DNA of 55,138 bases, taken from a virus (taxonomy: Duplodnaviria > Caudoviricetes). Positions 27,203 through 36,668 of the stretch are shown in pieces. Position numbers and translations under genes: made by a program. The DNA lies in the IMG/VR virus record IMGVR_UViG_3300027861_000039, positions 1-55,138 of that record. One strand, written 5' to 3'. The notes beneath the pieces were generated by a model, which had not been told where the DNA came from, did no database searches, and worked only from the letters and a program-made list of their open reading frames with translations. The stretch's first letter is position 1. Each line of letters opens with the position of its first letter.

Positions 27203-27532
27203 TTAAACAGATTTATAATGAACAATCAAATCACCAACAGCTGGCGCTACGGCGAATTCATTGTCAGTCGCTATTGTTTGAAGAGTCTGATCTGCATCTT
27301 TAATAAGAGCAACAGTATCCCCAACCAAAAAACCCAAAGTAGCTGCATCTGTGTTATCAGTGTTTGTAGCGATCAATAGACCTGCAATAACAAAACTAGA
27401 AGTTGTTGTTTTTGCGGTGTTGATAGCTGAAGCTGCTGTGCTAGAGTCGATTGCAGCTGCAATTTCTGTTCCTGACGGTGCGTCAGCCATTGCTACTGTT
27501 AATACCTCTTTTGTTCTGTCTGCCAATGCCAT
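27203..27532 (-). CDS. Putative small virion protein
   Basis: 109 aa Ala/Thr-rich; AGGAG SD; late motif 27594-27602. Confidence 0.65.
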   Translation of the reverse strand: MALADRTKEVLTVAMADAPSGTEIAAAIDSSTAASAINTAKTTTSSFVIAGLLIATNTDNTDAATLGFLVGDTVALIKDADQTLQTIATDNEFAVAPAVGDLIVHYKSV

Positions 27533-27618
27533 GGTTTCTCCTTTTTAAAAATCACGACTATAGTTTATTTACTATATGTTTTTGTCAATAATATAAAGAT
27601 TGTTATTTACTTATGGTT

Positions 27619-28011
27619 TTAACTGTCCATCCAGTACTTTAGAACGATATTGTGCTCTACTGGAACGTGAAGGTTATCAGAAACTTCGTTTGGGTCCATA
27701 TATTCCCAGTCATCACACTCTTTGTCAGGGTCTTTAGAGGCGTCTACCAGTTGATCTGGGTCTACTTTTACCTCGAAAACATAAACCATAACATCGCCAT
27801 TTTTACGAACTTTTACAAGTTTCGTATCGATGGCATCTAGCCCAGTTTCTTCCTTACACTCTCTTATACATCCCAAATATGGACATTCACCCTTATCAAG
27901 ATGACCGCCAGGCTGAGTAAACTTACCGTTATCGTTGCGTTTTCCCATTAGAAGATCGTCCTTCCAATCTCTAATTAAACAACATGCAACACGTTTGGTT
28001 TTTACCTTCAC
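27619..28011 (-). CDS. NUDIX hydrolase
   Basis: Nudix box GGHLDKGECPYLGCIRECKEETGL. Confidence 0.9.
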   Translation of the reverse strand: MKVKTKRVACCLIRDWKDDLLMGKRNDNGKFTQPGGHLDKGECPYLGCIRECKEETGLDAIDTKLVKVRKNGDVMVYVFEVKVDPDQLVDASKDPDKECDDWEYMDPNEVSDNLHVPVEHNIVLKYWMDS

Positions 28012-29432
28012 AGTTCTTCCAACTTCTTTTCAGCTTTGATCTGTTCAATATAAGAATAGGTTTTAGCAACGGCTAATACCTCTCTCTTATTCATGTTTGG
28101 TTCTTTATCTGATAGGAAACTAATCAGCTCATCTTTATACTGGTAGTTTTTCCAAGACTCTTCTGATAAGCTTTTGAGAACTTTTTTTCTTTTAGCTTTG
28201 CGTTTTTTTAGATCAATACCTAAATCTTCCACTTGAAGAGCAGCGCCACCAGTTCTAGCGCCAGGAGCGCCTGAGCCAATAGAGGCTGTTATGGCTTTTC
28301 TAACGTTAGAAGTATAAAACGCTTTTTCTGAAGCAGCCAACGTAGGATATTCAAGGTCTTGTTTTTTAGGTGTTTTAGGTCTTTTATCAAGCCTTTCTTT
28401 GAGGTTTTTCTGTCCTTCAGGTCTTTTCATTTCCCGTGCGCCTAAGGTAGTAAACTTTTCCTTAGTCTTAGGTGTAAAGCCTGGTTTTCTTTTAGCTCTA
28501 TCTCTCTTCTTTTGTTTTGGAGACTTGCCTTGATCAACTAATGCTTTTTTCATTTTCTTCTCAGACTTTTCCCAGGTTTTTGGGTCTTTGTAAATCTCAG
28601 CTCCAGTTCTAGGTCTTTTCTTGTCGTAAGAAATTCTATCACCCACTTTCATTTTGTCAGGAGCATCTTTAGGAGAAAACTCTCTTTTAGGTTTTGGCAG
28701 TGCAGAGCCAGGACTTTTTTCGCCAGAATTAGGAGCTAAAGGCTTGAAATTACTCTTACTTTTAGGGTCTTTGTCTGGATTGAACTTGCTCTTGTTTTTA
28801 TCCCACTTTCCAGTGAAATACTTCAAATCACCCTTCATAATTTCAATTTCGATCTGCTCATTCTTCTTGAATTTGCTTAGAATTTCTTTTGAAATATCGA
28901 TTCCACCTTTCTTTTTAGTGCCTTGGGATGGAGAATCGAGCTGCTCAGCATGGGCTGCTTTATTGCATGGGTGAATAGTAGCAGTTACTTTTCTAGCAAT
29001 ACATTTTGTAATGTTGGAGCCTTCTCTTCCGAGTCTAGACCCTTCTATTGAAAAATTAATTAAAGCTTTGGTTTCGTCTTTATTGAGATTTTTATCGTAT
29101 CTAAGCATAGCGGCAACATTCTCAGCCTCTTTATGACCAACTTGATCGAAAAGCTCAGCTGCTACGTATATATATGGCATTTTGACTTTATTCCAGAAAT
29201 ACTTATGGTGCTCTGTTTCGCAGTCGTCTTTTTTAAGGATTTTTTTAGCTTCTAGTATTTTACCAACAATGCAGGATGCTGTCTTACTTTCATGCTCCCA
29301 ATTGATAACGCCTTCAGTGGTAAGAGAGCTAATATCAACACCGCTTATAATGATACGTTCACCGCTAGAATCTAAATGTTCTGACGCCGCAATACCATGC
29401 AGAAACGTGCCGTGTTTTTTATTTTTATCCAT
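28008..29432 (-). CDS. Prohead (maturation) protease with long basic C-terminal tail
   Basis: GIAASEHLDSSGE, INWEH, IVGKI, FSIEG, VTATIHPCN (HK97/SPO1-type protease motifs). Confidence 0.85.
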   Translation of the reverse strand: MDKNKKHGTFLHGIAASEHLDSSGERIIISGVDISSLTTEGVINWEHESKTASCIVGKILEAKKILKKDDCETEHHKYFWNKVKMPYIYVAAELFDQVGHKEAENVAAMLRYDKNLNKDETKALINFSIEGSRLGREGSNITKCIARKVTATIHPCNKAAHAEQLDSPSQGTKKKGGIDISKEILSKFKKNEQIEIEIMKGDLKYFTGKWDKNKSKFNPDKDPKSKSNFKPLAPNSGEKSPGSALPKPKREFSPKDAPDKMKVGDRISYDKKRPRTGAEIYKDPKTWEKSEKKMKKALVDQGKSPKQKKRDRAKRKPGFTPKTKEKFTTLGAREMKRPEGQKNLKERLDKRPKTPKKQDLEYPTLAASEKAFYTSNVRKAITASIGSGAPGARTGGAALQVEDLGIDLKKRKAKRKKVLKSLSEESWKNYQYKDELISFLSDKEPNMNKREVLAVAKTYSYIEQIKAEKKLEEL

Positions 29433-29436
29433 GGCT

Positions 29437-29445
29437 TAAAGATTG
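29437..29445 (-). promoter_or_regulatory. CAATCTTTA element 4 nt before protease ATG
   Basis: CAATCTTTA-AGCC-ATG, no SD. Confidence 0.7.
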
Positions 29446-29610
29446 CTATTTAGCAAAATCATTCATAAGTCACTAATTTAATTAATTATTGTGGGAGGGA
29501 TTTAGATCATAACTATCTAATTTTATTTAATTAAGGGTAAAAATCACTATACTTTAATTTATACGCAAGAAAACAAACCCTAGTAATAACACAATAATTG
29601 GAGGAAAACT

Positions 29611-30003
29611 ATGGCTAAATCAACCGCCGTCAGCGAAGCAGCTGCTCGTGAACTGAAAGAAAAACTTGAAAGACGTGGATTTACAGTCACAGAATCAAAA
29701 AGTAACGGTTACGCAAAACTAACCCTTAACACTAACGAAGCTTCAATTTTAATTGAACAAGAAAGTGCAGTATCTGTAGACGTTTTTGGAAATGCTCTAG
29801 ACGCATATACTCCACATAAGCTTTCTTTTGCATCTCGTAATGACGCTATGTCTACTCTTGTAGTTGCTCAAATTTATGCTGAACTTGGAAAAGTTGGTAT
29901 GAAAGTAATCGTCAAAACCCACGCTACTGTTTTGGCTACCGCCGAAGCTGCTACTGGAGATGCTATCGAATTTAGTGATCGTTGGAAAACTAAAGGTATC
30001 TAA
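29611..30003 (+). CDS. Putative head-associated protein
   Basis: GGAGG SD, first gene of the scaffold-capsid unit. Confidence 0.6.
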   Translation: MAKSTAVSEAAARELKEKLERRGFTVTESKSNGYAKLTLNTNEASILIEQESAVSVDVFGNALDAYTPHKLSFASRNDAMSTLVVAQIYAELGKVGMKVIVKTHATVLATAEAATGDAIEFSDRWKTKGI

Positions 30004-30030
30004 TTCTCAACCAATAATAAAGGAGCTATC

Positions 30031-30687
30031 ATGGAATACAATGAAAATGAAATGGCAAAGCTTATTAGTGAAGTTGAGACCGAGTTCAAAGACTACCTAA
30101 CAAAAGCTGAAAACACAGAATCTGGAGAAGCAGAAGTACCTGCGGAAGAGATTGTTTTAGAAAAAAATGAAGATTTTGATTATGATGAAGCAGATATTTC
30201 AGAAATGAATGACATGTATGCGTCAATGACGAAAAGTGAAAAAGAAGCTCACTATTCTGCAATCAAGTCTACTCTCTTTGCTGAAGAAGCGCCGGCTGCT
30301 GAAGAAGCACCTGCTGAAGAAGTAAATCTTAATAAGTCAGAGTTCGATACTATAAAGACCGATCTTGAAACTTCTAAAGAAGAAAACGCTAAACTTCAAA
30401 AAAATCTTGAAACTTTAACAAGTATTATGACTAAATTTGTTAAAAAAGCACCTGTTCGTAAGGCTGTAACTCAACTTAATGGAATCGAATACATTAAGAA
30501 ATCTGAGCCTGAAGCGCCGGCAGAACCTGTAAAGGTAGATGTTGACAAACTTACTAAATCTGAAGTTAACAAAATTCTTGTAACTAAAATCAGAAATGGT
30601 GAAATTCAAAAAACCGAAGACAAAGAAAATATTAACAAATTTTGCCACGGTGAAATTAAAATAGAAAAAATTAAACATCTATTATAG
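30031..30687 (+). CDS. Scaffold protein
   Basis: Acidic coiled-coil just before MCP; LTKA, LEKN, MTKS, LNKS, LQKN, VRKA, IKKS, LTKS, IQKT motifs. Confidence 0.8.
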   Translation: MEYNENEMAKLISEVETEFKDYLTKAENTESGEAEVPAEEIVLEKNEDFDYDEADISEMNDMYASMTKSEKEAHYSAIKSTLFAEEAPAAEEAPAEEVNLNKSEFDTIKTDLETSKEENAKLQKNLETLTSIMTKFVKKAPVRKAVTQLNGIEYIKKSEPEAPAEPVKVDVDKLTKSEVNKILVTKIRNGEIQKTEDKENINKFCHGEIKIEKIKHLL

Positions 30688-30696
30688 GAGGAAATA

Positions 30697-32079
30697 ATGG
30701 TTAATCAACTAAATGATTTGATGAAGGCTCTTGAAGCCGGTCAATACAACGCTGCACCAGAGACACTGGTTCAAGGTTCAGCATTACAGGTAGAAGATTT
30801 ATCTCCTGTGATGGAAAATGTTACTTTTGATGACTCGCACATCAAATTACAAAAAATGCTTCGTATTGAAGATGCCAAGTCTACTCTGATTCAGTTCAAT
30901 AGACAACTTGATTACGGTATTTTTGGTGGGTCTGCCCAACATGAGGGTGGAATCGGCGAAGAAGACACTTCTAACTTTGCACGAGCAATTGTGCCAATGG
31001 CATACTACTCAACAGTTAGACGTGTAACTGTTGCTGCTAATATGATTGGCGCTTTCGACGGTAAGCAAGCTGAAAGTAGAGCATCTGACGACGCTGCTAT
31101 GAAACTTGCTGGAGATATCGAGTTTGACGCTTTTAGAGGCGCTTCTGATTTCTCTAACGCTGGAGTTTTTGACGGTAACCCGTTGGCTTCTGCTGCTATT
31201 CCTAATATGAGAGGAGTTGATTCTCAAATTCGTGAGTCTGACGCTCTTTCAAATACTCAAGATTTAATGTTTGCTGAATACGGTTCTGATCAGTCAGTAA
31301 TTGTATCTGTAAACGGGACTCTTACCCAGTCTTTTATTGAAGATGCCGCTGTTAAATCAGCCATGCAACATGGTTCTGCTGACAAGCTTTTACTTGACCC
31401 AGTTTCTTTGAGTCAATATAACAAGATTGCTCATGCTAAAGAACGTATCATGCTTGCAGGTTCTGCTCAAGAAGCTTCTGGTGCGAATCTTCGTACACAA
31501 TGGACTTCTTCTGCTCTAGTATCCATGGAAGCTTCACGCTTTCTATCTGGAAAAACTAGACCAGCTAGAGCAAGAGCTGGAAGTTTAGCCGCTCCTGCAA
31601 TCGCTGGAACTTCTCCAGTAAATGCTGCTTCAGTACTTCCTGCTGGAACTTATGTTTACTTCGCAACTTCGGTTAGCGAAAGAGGCGAGTCAGTAAAAGC
31701 CGCTGATGAGTCTGTAACAACTGCAGCTGGAGATTCTGGTACAATTACCATTACTCAAGTAGCTGGAGCTAAATACTACAACCTATACCGTTCAGAAGAC
31801 GGCGGTTCTAGTACAACTGCCAAATTTATTGGTAGAATTGCTGACAGTGGCGCTGCTACTACAGTATTTACTGACCTTGGAAACAGAGAGCCTGGCTCGA
31901 TTACTGGATTCCTTCTTCAGTCAAATACTATGGGACTTCACCAATTGTCTGCATATAGTAAGCTAAAACTTGCTATCAATGACTTGAGTCTTCCAGAAGC
32001 TCACTTTCGTTTCCTATGTTTAGCTGTTAAGCAGCCTCGTAAGAACGTATTGCTTGAGAATATTTCTGGTCAACTCTAA
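30697..32079 (+). CDS. Major capsid protein
   Basis: 460 aa; LMKAL.AG....GSALQVEDL, DYG..G, internal Ig-like insertion (YYNLYR), PRKNVLLENI C-terminus as in SPO1-like MCPs; AGGAGG SD, strong terminator. Confidence 0.9.
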   Translation: MVNQLNDLMKALEAGQYNAAPETLVQGSALQVEDLSPVMENVTFDDSHIKLQKMLRIEDAKSTLIQFNRQLDYGIFGGSAQHEGGIGEEDTSNFARAIVPMAYYSTVRRVTVAANMIGAFDGKQAESRASDDAAMKLAGDIEFDAFRGASDFSNAGVFDGNPLASAAIPNMRGVDSQIRESDALSNTQDLMFAEYGSDQSVIVSVNGTLTQSFIEDAAVKSAMQHGSADKLLLDPVSLSQYNKIAHAKERIMLAGSAQEASGANLRTQWTSSALVSMEASRFLSGKTRPARARAGSLAAPAIAGTSPVNAASVLPAGTYVYFATSVSERGESVKAADESVTTAAGDSGTITITQVAGAKYYNLYRSEDGGSSTTAKFIGRIADSGAATTVFTDLGNREPGSITGFLLQSNTMGLHQLSAYSKLKLAINDLSLPEAHFRFLCLAVKQPRKNVLLENISGQL

Positions 32080-32102
32080 GATAGACTAAAATTCTTAATA
32101 CG

Positions 32103-32131
32103 AAAGCCCTCTTTTTAGAGGGCTTTTTTTT
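32103..32131 (+). terminator. Intrinsic terminator after MCP
   Basis: AAAGCCCTCT-TTTT-AGAGGGCTTT plus T run. Confidence 0.85.
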
Positions 32132-32161
32132 GTCTTTTTTAAATCTGTGGTATTATATATC

Positions 32162-32554
32162 ATGAGCGGTAGAAAGTGCATATATACTGGAAAAGACGCT
32201 GAAGTGACGGATAAGGTAGTACCAAAAGAAGGCGGCGATGAAGTTCACAACTGGTCTAACTCTGTCCCATGCAGTAAATATTATAAAGACCTTAAAGGTC
32301 TAAGACCTCCTAACGCCTTAGAGCTACAGGCTAATAGAGTGTTTAAAATGCTAGAATTAGCTAAGCTAGATGTTGGAGTTTACAAAAAAGAGCTTGCTAG
32401 AATACAAAAACAGATAGTAGAAACTTTGCCGGAAAACATCCAAAAAGCTGCAAAGAAAATTAAAGACAAGGAGATCGAATTAGCGTATATTGAAAAAGAA
32501 ATTCAAGAGGTTGATCTTGATAAGGTTTTAGATTCAAAAAAGATGGAGTGGTAG
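32162..32554 (+). CDS. Degenerate HNH-like protein
   Basis: ATG 4 nt after TGGTATTATA; CIYTG..TDKVVP..GG..NSVPCS..K..KG echoes HNH without His/Asn. Confidence 0.55.
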   Translation: MSGRKCIYTGKDAEVTDKVVPKEGGDEVHNWSNSVPCSKYYKDLKGLRPPNALELQANRVFKMLELAKLDVGVYKKELARIQKQIVETLPENIQKAAKKIKDKEIELAYIEKEIQEVDLDKVLDSKKMEW

Positions 32555-32805
32555 TGGCTAGTTTAGTAGGAAAAAGTAAATTTAGCGGTGTTTATGTAAA
32601 CGGTAGTAAATACTGCAGCCCTTCTAGAAAACACTATAGACCTTACCATAGATGTATTAACAAAAAAGAGTCTTTATTTGACAACGATATTATATGGATT
32701 GATGGTGGGGTGAAACAAAAAGAGATAGGTATTAATAAAGAGCGCTGGAACAATAGTAAACCCTACTATTATAACGACTTTAAAGATGGAGAATACCCGT
32801 GGTAA
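32554..32805 (+). CDS. Hypothetical protein
   Basis: GGAG then GTG at 32554; frame open from before 32548. Confidence 0.55.
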   Translation: MASLVGKSKFSGVYVNGSKYCSPSRKHYRPYHRCINKKESLFDNDIIWIDGGVKQKEIGINKERWNNSKPYYYNDFKDGEYPW

Positions 32806-33803
32806 AAGAACAGCTTGGTCATTTTAAAACCCTAAAAGTAACTTCTCTAGAAGAGCTGGTTGATCGTAGTGTTAAGGATATTCCAGAGTCTGATCTAACA
32901 ATTCAAACAGATACCCATTTAGTTCAGATGGAGTATAAAGAGTTTGAAGGCGATAAGAAGAAATTCACCATTAAGCCTGGCTGTTTTATAATGACAGAGA
33001 CTAATATGGGGATGATCTTAGAAAAATTCCAACTAAGAGAGTATAACTTGTTAAAAACAATCGATAATACGTCTGCTATTATTGCTGAAAAAGACAAGTT
33101 CTTTAACAAATTAGACGTATACAAGAGGCTAGGTAAAACAGACCCCAAAAGAGCAATACTGATAGCCTCTCCTCCAGGCGTCGGTAAAACAGCTGCTATT
33201 AATGACGTTTGTAAGGCTATATTAAAAGAGGAAGGTTCTACTGTTATTCAGTGGGATACTTCTGAGATCAAAGCTTGTTCTGTTAATAAGTTCTTTTTAA
33301 ACAGATCACAGTTTAGCAAAGATGTTAAAAAATTAATTTTAATTATTGAAGATGTTGAAGGCGGTACTAGTGAAGAAGACTATTCTGCTAGAGGCGTAAA
33401 CTCATCTTTATTGAACCTATTAGACGGCGTAGGTAGCCCTTTTAAGGGCGTTCCGACTTTTATTATAGCTACTACTAATAATCCTGAAAGGACCGTAGGA
33501 GCCTTAATAGATCGCCCAGGACGCTTCGATAAAGTGCTTGAGATGAAAACTCCAAGCGAAGAAGAGTGTAGACTGCTTTTCGCCTTTATTATGAAGGCTG
33601 ATGAGTTAAATGATAGTGAAAAAAGAGCGGCTATGAAAGCTCATAAAGGCAAGTTTTCTATTGCTCATATTGAGGAAGCTGTAATAAGGTCTTTATTGGA
33701 TGATATCACGGTTGAAGAAGCCGTTGACGAACTGTTAGCTCACAAAAAACGCTTTAAAGAGGCTTTTATGGATACCAACAAAAACGGTATTGGATTAGGG
33801 TAA
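32799..33803 (+). CDS. AAA+ ATPase
   Basis: SPPGVGKT, LIIEDVE, ATTN, DRPGRFD (SRH). Confidence 0.9.
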   Translation: MVKEQLGHFKTLKVTSLEELVDRSVKDIPESDLTIQTDTHLVQMEYKEFEGDKKKFTIKPGCFIMTETNMGMILEKFQLREYNLLKTIDNTSAIIAEKDKFFNKLDVYKRLGKTDPKRAILIASPPGVGKTAAINDVCKAILKEEGSTVIQWDTSEIKACSVNKFFLNRSQFSKDVKKLILIIEDVEGGTSEEDYSARGVNSSLLNLLDGVGSPFKGVPTFIIATTNNPERTVGALIDRPGRFDKVLEMKTPSEEECRLLFAFIMKADELNDSEKRAAMKAHKGKFSIAHIEEAVIRSLLDDITVEEAVDELLAHKKRFKEAFMDTNKNGIGLG

Positions 33804-33832
33804 AAAAAACACAGACTCTTGGGGAGAAAATT

Positions 33833-34006
33833 ATGAAGAATGAATGGAAGTGTTGTGACTGTCCTAAAATTGTTGCTGATAAGCATGAAGTTTTATATAG
33901 TTTTACACAGTATGGAAACAATGAGAAGAAAAAAGCAGATGCTCTAAAAGGCAAGGAGCGCTGTAAAGAGCATTTTGATAAGGTTGAGGCTAAGTTTAGT
34001 CGTTAG
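33833..34006 (+). CDS. Small CxxC...CxxH protein
   Basis: Not in ORF track. GGGGAG SD; MKNEWKCCDCPK...RCKEHFDK..*. Confidence 0.55.
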   Translation: MKNEWKCCDCPKIVADKHEVLYSFTQYGNNEKKKADALKGKERCKEHFDKVEAKFSR

Positions 34007-34577
34007 CCTCTTCTAACACTTCACGTATATTGTTTTGAAAATTTTCTCTCTTTTCGGATTTTTCTTTAGAATTTTCTTCTTCTCTTAACTCATTCCTTAA
34101 CTCTTTGAAAAATAGTTTTCTCTGATCGTTGGCGTTGTTTTTACAGTTTAACAACTCTTCCCAATTATCTTCATAATAACAGTTTTGAAAAATTAACTCT
34201 TCATACTTACATTCGCTTATTTTTTTAGCGTAATAATAGTAATCGCCCTGTAATTTTTCTGCCGAATCATAGCAGGATTCAATAGTTTGTTCAACCATTA
34301 AAGGGTCTTTTAATATCGGCTCATCCTCTTCTTCTTTTTCAAGCTTCAAAACCTTTTTAAAATCCTCTGCAGGAGGCTCTGGTACAAAAGTCGGCTCAAC
34401 CGCTGGTTTTTTAATAGGCTTAATCACAGGTACTGAAGGGCATGTAGGCTTATCTTGAAATTCTATGATAAGCTTACCGATCTTAACAGTATCTAGCCTT
34501 TTTAGTTGGTTTAATTTCATGCCGCCGTAAAAGGCTAACCCTACTGAAAGGATATACATAGTCGCATCTTTAAGCAT
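33996..34577 (-). CDS. Membrane-anchored hypothetical protein
   Basis: N-terminal hydrophobic helix, Pro-rich linker, AGGAGG SD. Confidence 0.65.
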   Translation of the reverse strand: MLKDATMYILSVGLAFYGGMKLNQLKRLDTVKIGKLIIEFQDKPTCPSVPVIKPIKKPAVEPTFVPEPPAEDFKKVLKLEKEEEDEPILKDPLMVEQTIESCYDSAEKLQGDYYYYAKKISECKYEELIFQNCYYEDNWEELLNCKNNANDQRKLFFKELRNELREEENSKEKSEKRENFQNNIREVLEEAND

Positions 34578-34585
34578 TCTTCCTC

Positions 34586-34792
34586 CTATAGAACATATCC
34601 ATTATATTCATACTTACCTGAATCTAGGCGGTATACTTGGATATGTAGTTGTTTCTTTTTGTGACCGATATCAAAATGAAATTTACGATACTCACCATAC
34701 TTAATACCTCCCGTAATCATGGGAACTTGGAATTTGTAAGTTTTACTTACATCATCAAATAGGTGCCATAAAGTATTGTAGTGAACTTGCAT
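34586..34792 (-). CDS. Small early hypothetical protein
   Basis: GGAGG-N5-ATG at 34792 (MQVHYNTLW); track start lies 1 nt from the -10 box. Confidence 0.65.
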   Translation of the reverse strand: MQVHYNTLWHLFDDVSKTYKFQVPMITGGIKYGEYRKFHFDIGHKKKQLHIQVYRLDSGKYEYNGYVL

Positions 34793-34811
34793 TAAAACCT
34801 CCGTCAACATT

Positions 34812-34840
34812 AGTATAAATGAAAAATAAATTTAAGTCAA
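34812..34840 (-). promoter_or_regulatory. Sigma70-type promoter
   Basis: TTGACT-N17-TATACT. Confidence 0.75.
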
Positions 34841-34901
34841 GCGCTAATTTTAACTAAAACTATGGTATTATAAGGTATTATAATTCAAGGAGAATGCACA
34901 T

Positions 34902-36668
34902 ATGTCAGTGAGAAAGGTAAAAGCACCTGCTAAGATGTTTACTAGTGATTTAGAACACTTAAAGGATGTTATCTATCATACGGTAGATAAAGTGGTCGGA
35001 ATTGTAGGTCGCTCTCTAGGTCCAGGCGGTAGAAATATTATTATTGAGTCAGACCTACCAGGAATTCTTAATAAAAATACAAAAGACGGAGTTACTATTT
35101 TCCGATCTCTAGGCTCTAATAACGCTTACGAGCAGTTAATTATTGAACAGATTAGAGATGTTGCGGTTAGAACCGTAGGAGAGGCTGGAGATGGAACTAC
35201 AACATCAACAATATTAGCCGGCTCTTTCATTCAAAACCTATTTATATTTTGCAAAGATAATCCAAAATACAACCCTCAAAAAGTTACTAGAATTATCAAC
35301 AAATGCTTAAGAGATGTTATGATTCCTTTTATTAACGAATCTTCTATTGAGATCACTACCAAGAATCAGAAGCTATTGGAAAAAGTAGCGAACATATCTG
35401 CAAACGGCGACGGCGAGATGGCTGAAGCTGTTATGGAGGCGTTTAAAATTACAGGGTTTTCAAGCTCTTCTCACGTTACTATTCAAGAAATGTCAGGTCC
35501 GAGTGGAAGCTATGACGTTAAATTGATCGAAGGCTTCCCTATCGATAAAGGGTATGAAGAATCTATTGGTAAATTTCATCAAGCTTTTATTAACGATCAA
35601 GCTCATCAAAAATGCCAACTTGAAAAGCCTTTATTTGTGCTGTTTGATGGTAAAATTACAGATATTGCGCAAATCAACCCTATGCTTCACACTATTGGAG
35701 AGGCTTATGTTTCTGGGAATACGGAGTTTAAAAACGTCGTAATAGTAGCTCACGCTTTTTCAGAGCAGGTGTTAAACTTTTTATCGTTTAACTTTCCAAA
35801 TTCAGGTACTATTAATGTAGTTCCTTTGAAAACTTCAATTTCACAGCTAGCCAATTCAGAGCTTCATTTTTTAATGGACTTGTCGGCTTTTACTGGAGCA
35901 AAGATTTACGATATGCAAAACCCTTTAGATGTTTATTCAGAGGATGACTGGGGCGCTAACGTTGATAAGATAGAAATTCATCGCTTTAGAACAACCATTA
36001 CTGGAACTCCAGAAGATATTGACATTGAAGTAAGGGCTAATGAGATACAAACTCAAATGGACCAGTCTGAATCTAAAATTGAAAAAATCCTTTTAGAAGA
36101 GAGGCTAGGTAAGTTGACTAGTGGTATTGCTCAGTTGAAAATCTTTGGAGCCTCTAATGGAGAGCTTAAAGAGAAGGCAGATAGGGCTGAGGATGCTGTA
36201 TGTGCTGTTAGAGCCTCTATTAATCACGGGTGCTTACCTGGAGGCTGTCGTGTTCTTTTAAATCTTTGTTTGGAGCTTGGAAAGAGTCAAGACGAAGCTA
36301 TTAGACATGTTGTCGTACCCTCGCTAGTGTCTCCGTTTTTTACCTTACTTACGAACGCCGGATATGATGACGACGAGATGGAAAAAATATACGACAAACT
36401 GATGGATAATACTAAAAAGGTTTATGACGTAGATAGCGCTAAGTTTGGAGACCCTAAGAAATTAGGGGTTTTTGACGCAACACTAGCCGTAAGACAGGCT
36501 CTAACAAATGCAGTATCGATAGCTTCAGTTATGGGAACTCTAGGCGGTATTGTAGCCTACCCAAGAGATCACGAACTGGAAAGGCAAGAGGCTAGAGACG
36601 TGCAGAGCCATGAAAGGACTTTAGAAAATTCAAACGACTATATTAACGAAGCTAATCAGAGAGGATGA
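34902..36668 (+). CDS. groEL: Phage-encoded GroEL-like chaperonin
   Basis: SLGPGGRN, TKDGVT, AGDGTTT, ERLGKL, ELKEKADRAEDA, LPGG. Confidence 0.92.
   Translation: MSVRKVKAPAKMFTSDLEHLKDVIYHTVDKVVGIVGRSLGPGGRNIIIESDLPGILNKNTKDGVTIFRSLGSNNAYEQLIIEQIRDVAVRTVGEAGDGTTTSTILAGSFIQNLFIFCKDNPKYNPQKVTRIINKCLRDVMIPFINESSIEITTKNQKLLEKVANISANGDGEMAEAVMEAFKITGFSSSSHVTIQEMSGPSGSYDVKLIEGFPIDKGYEESIGKFHQAFINDQAHQKCQLEKPLFVLFDGKITDIAQINPMLHTIGEAYVSGNTEFKNVVIVAHAFSEQVLNFLSFNFPNSGTINVVPLKTSISQLANSELHFLMDLSAFTGAKIYDMQNPLDVYSEDDWGANVDKIEIHRFRTTITGTPEDIDIEVRANEIQTQMDQSESKIEKILLEERLGKLTSGIAQLKIFGASNGELKEKADRAEDAVCAVRASINHGCLPGGCRVLLNLCLELGKSQDEAIRHVVVPSLVSPFFTLLTNAGYDDDEMEKIYDKLMDNTKKVYDVDSAKFGDPKKLGVFDATLAVRQALTNAVSIASVMGTLGGIVAYPRDHELERQEARDVQSHERTLENSNDYINEANQRG

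Noticed and set aside
32536-32554. A_AAA_AAG near the end of the HNH-like gene, -1 frame entering the next ORF
   Set aside because: The next ORF has its own GGAG-N5-GTG start; shows such heptamers can arise by chance in this A-rich genome
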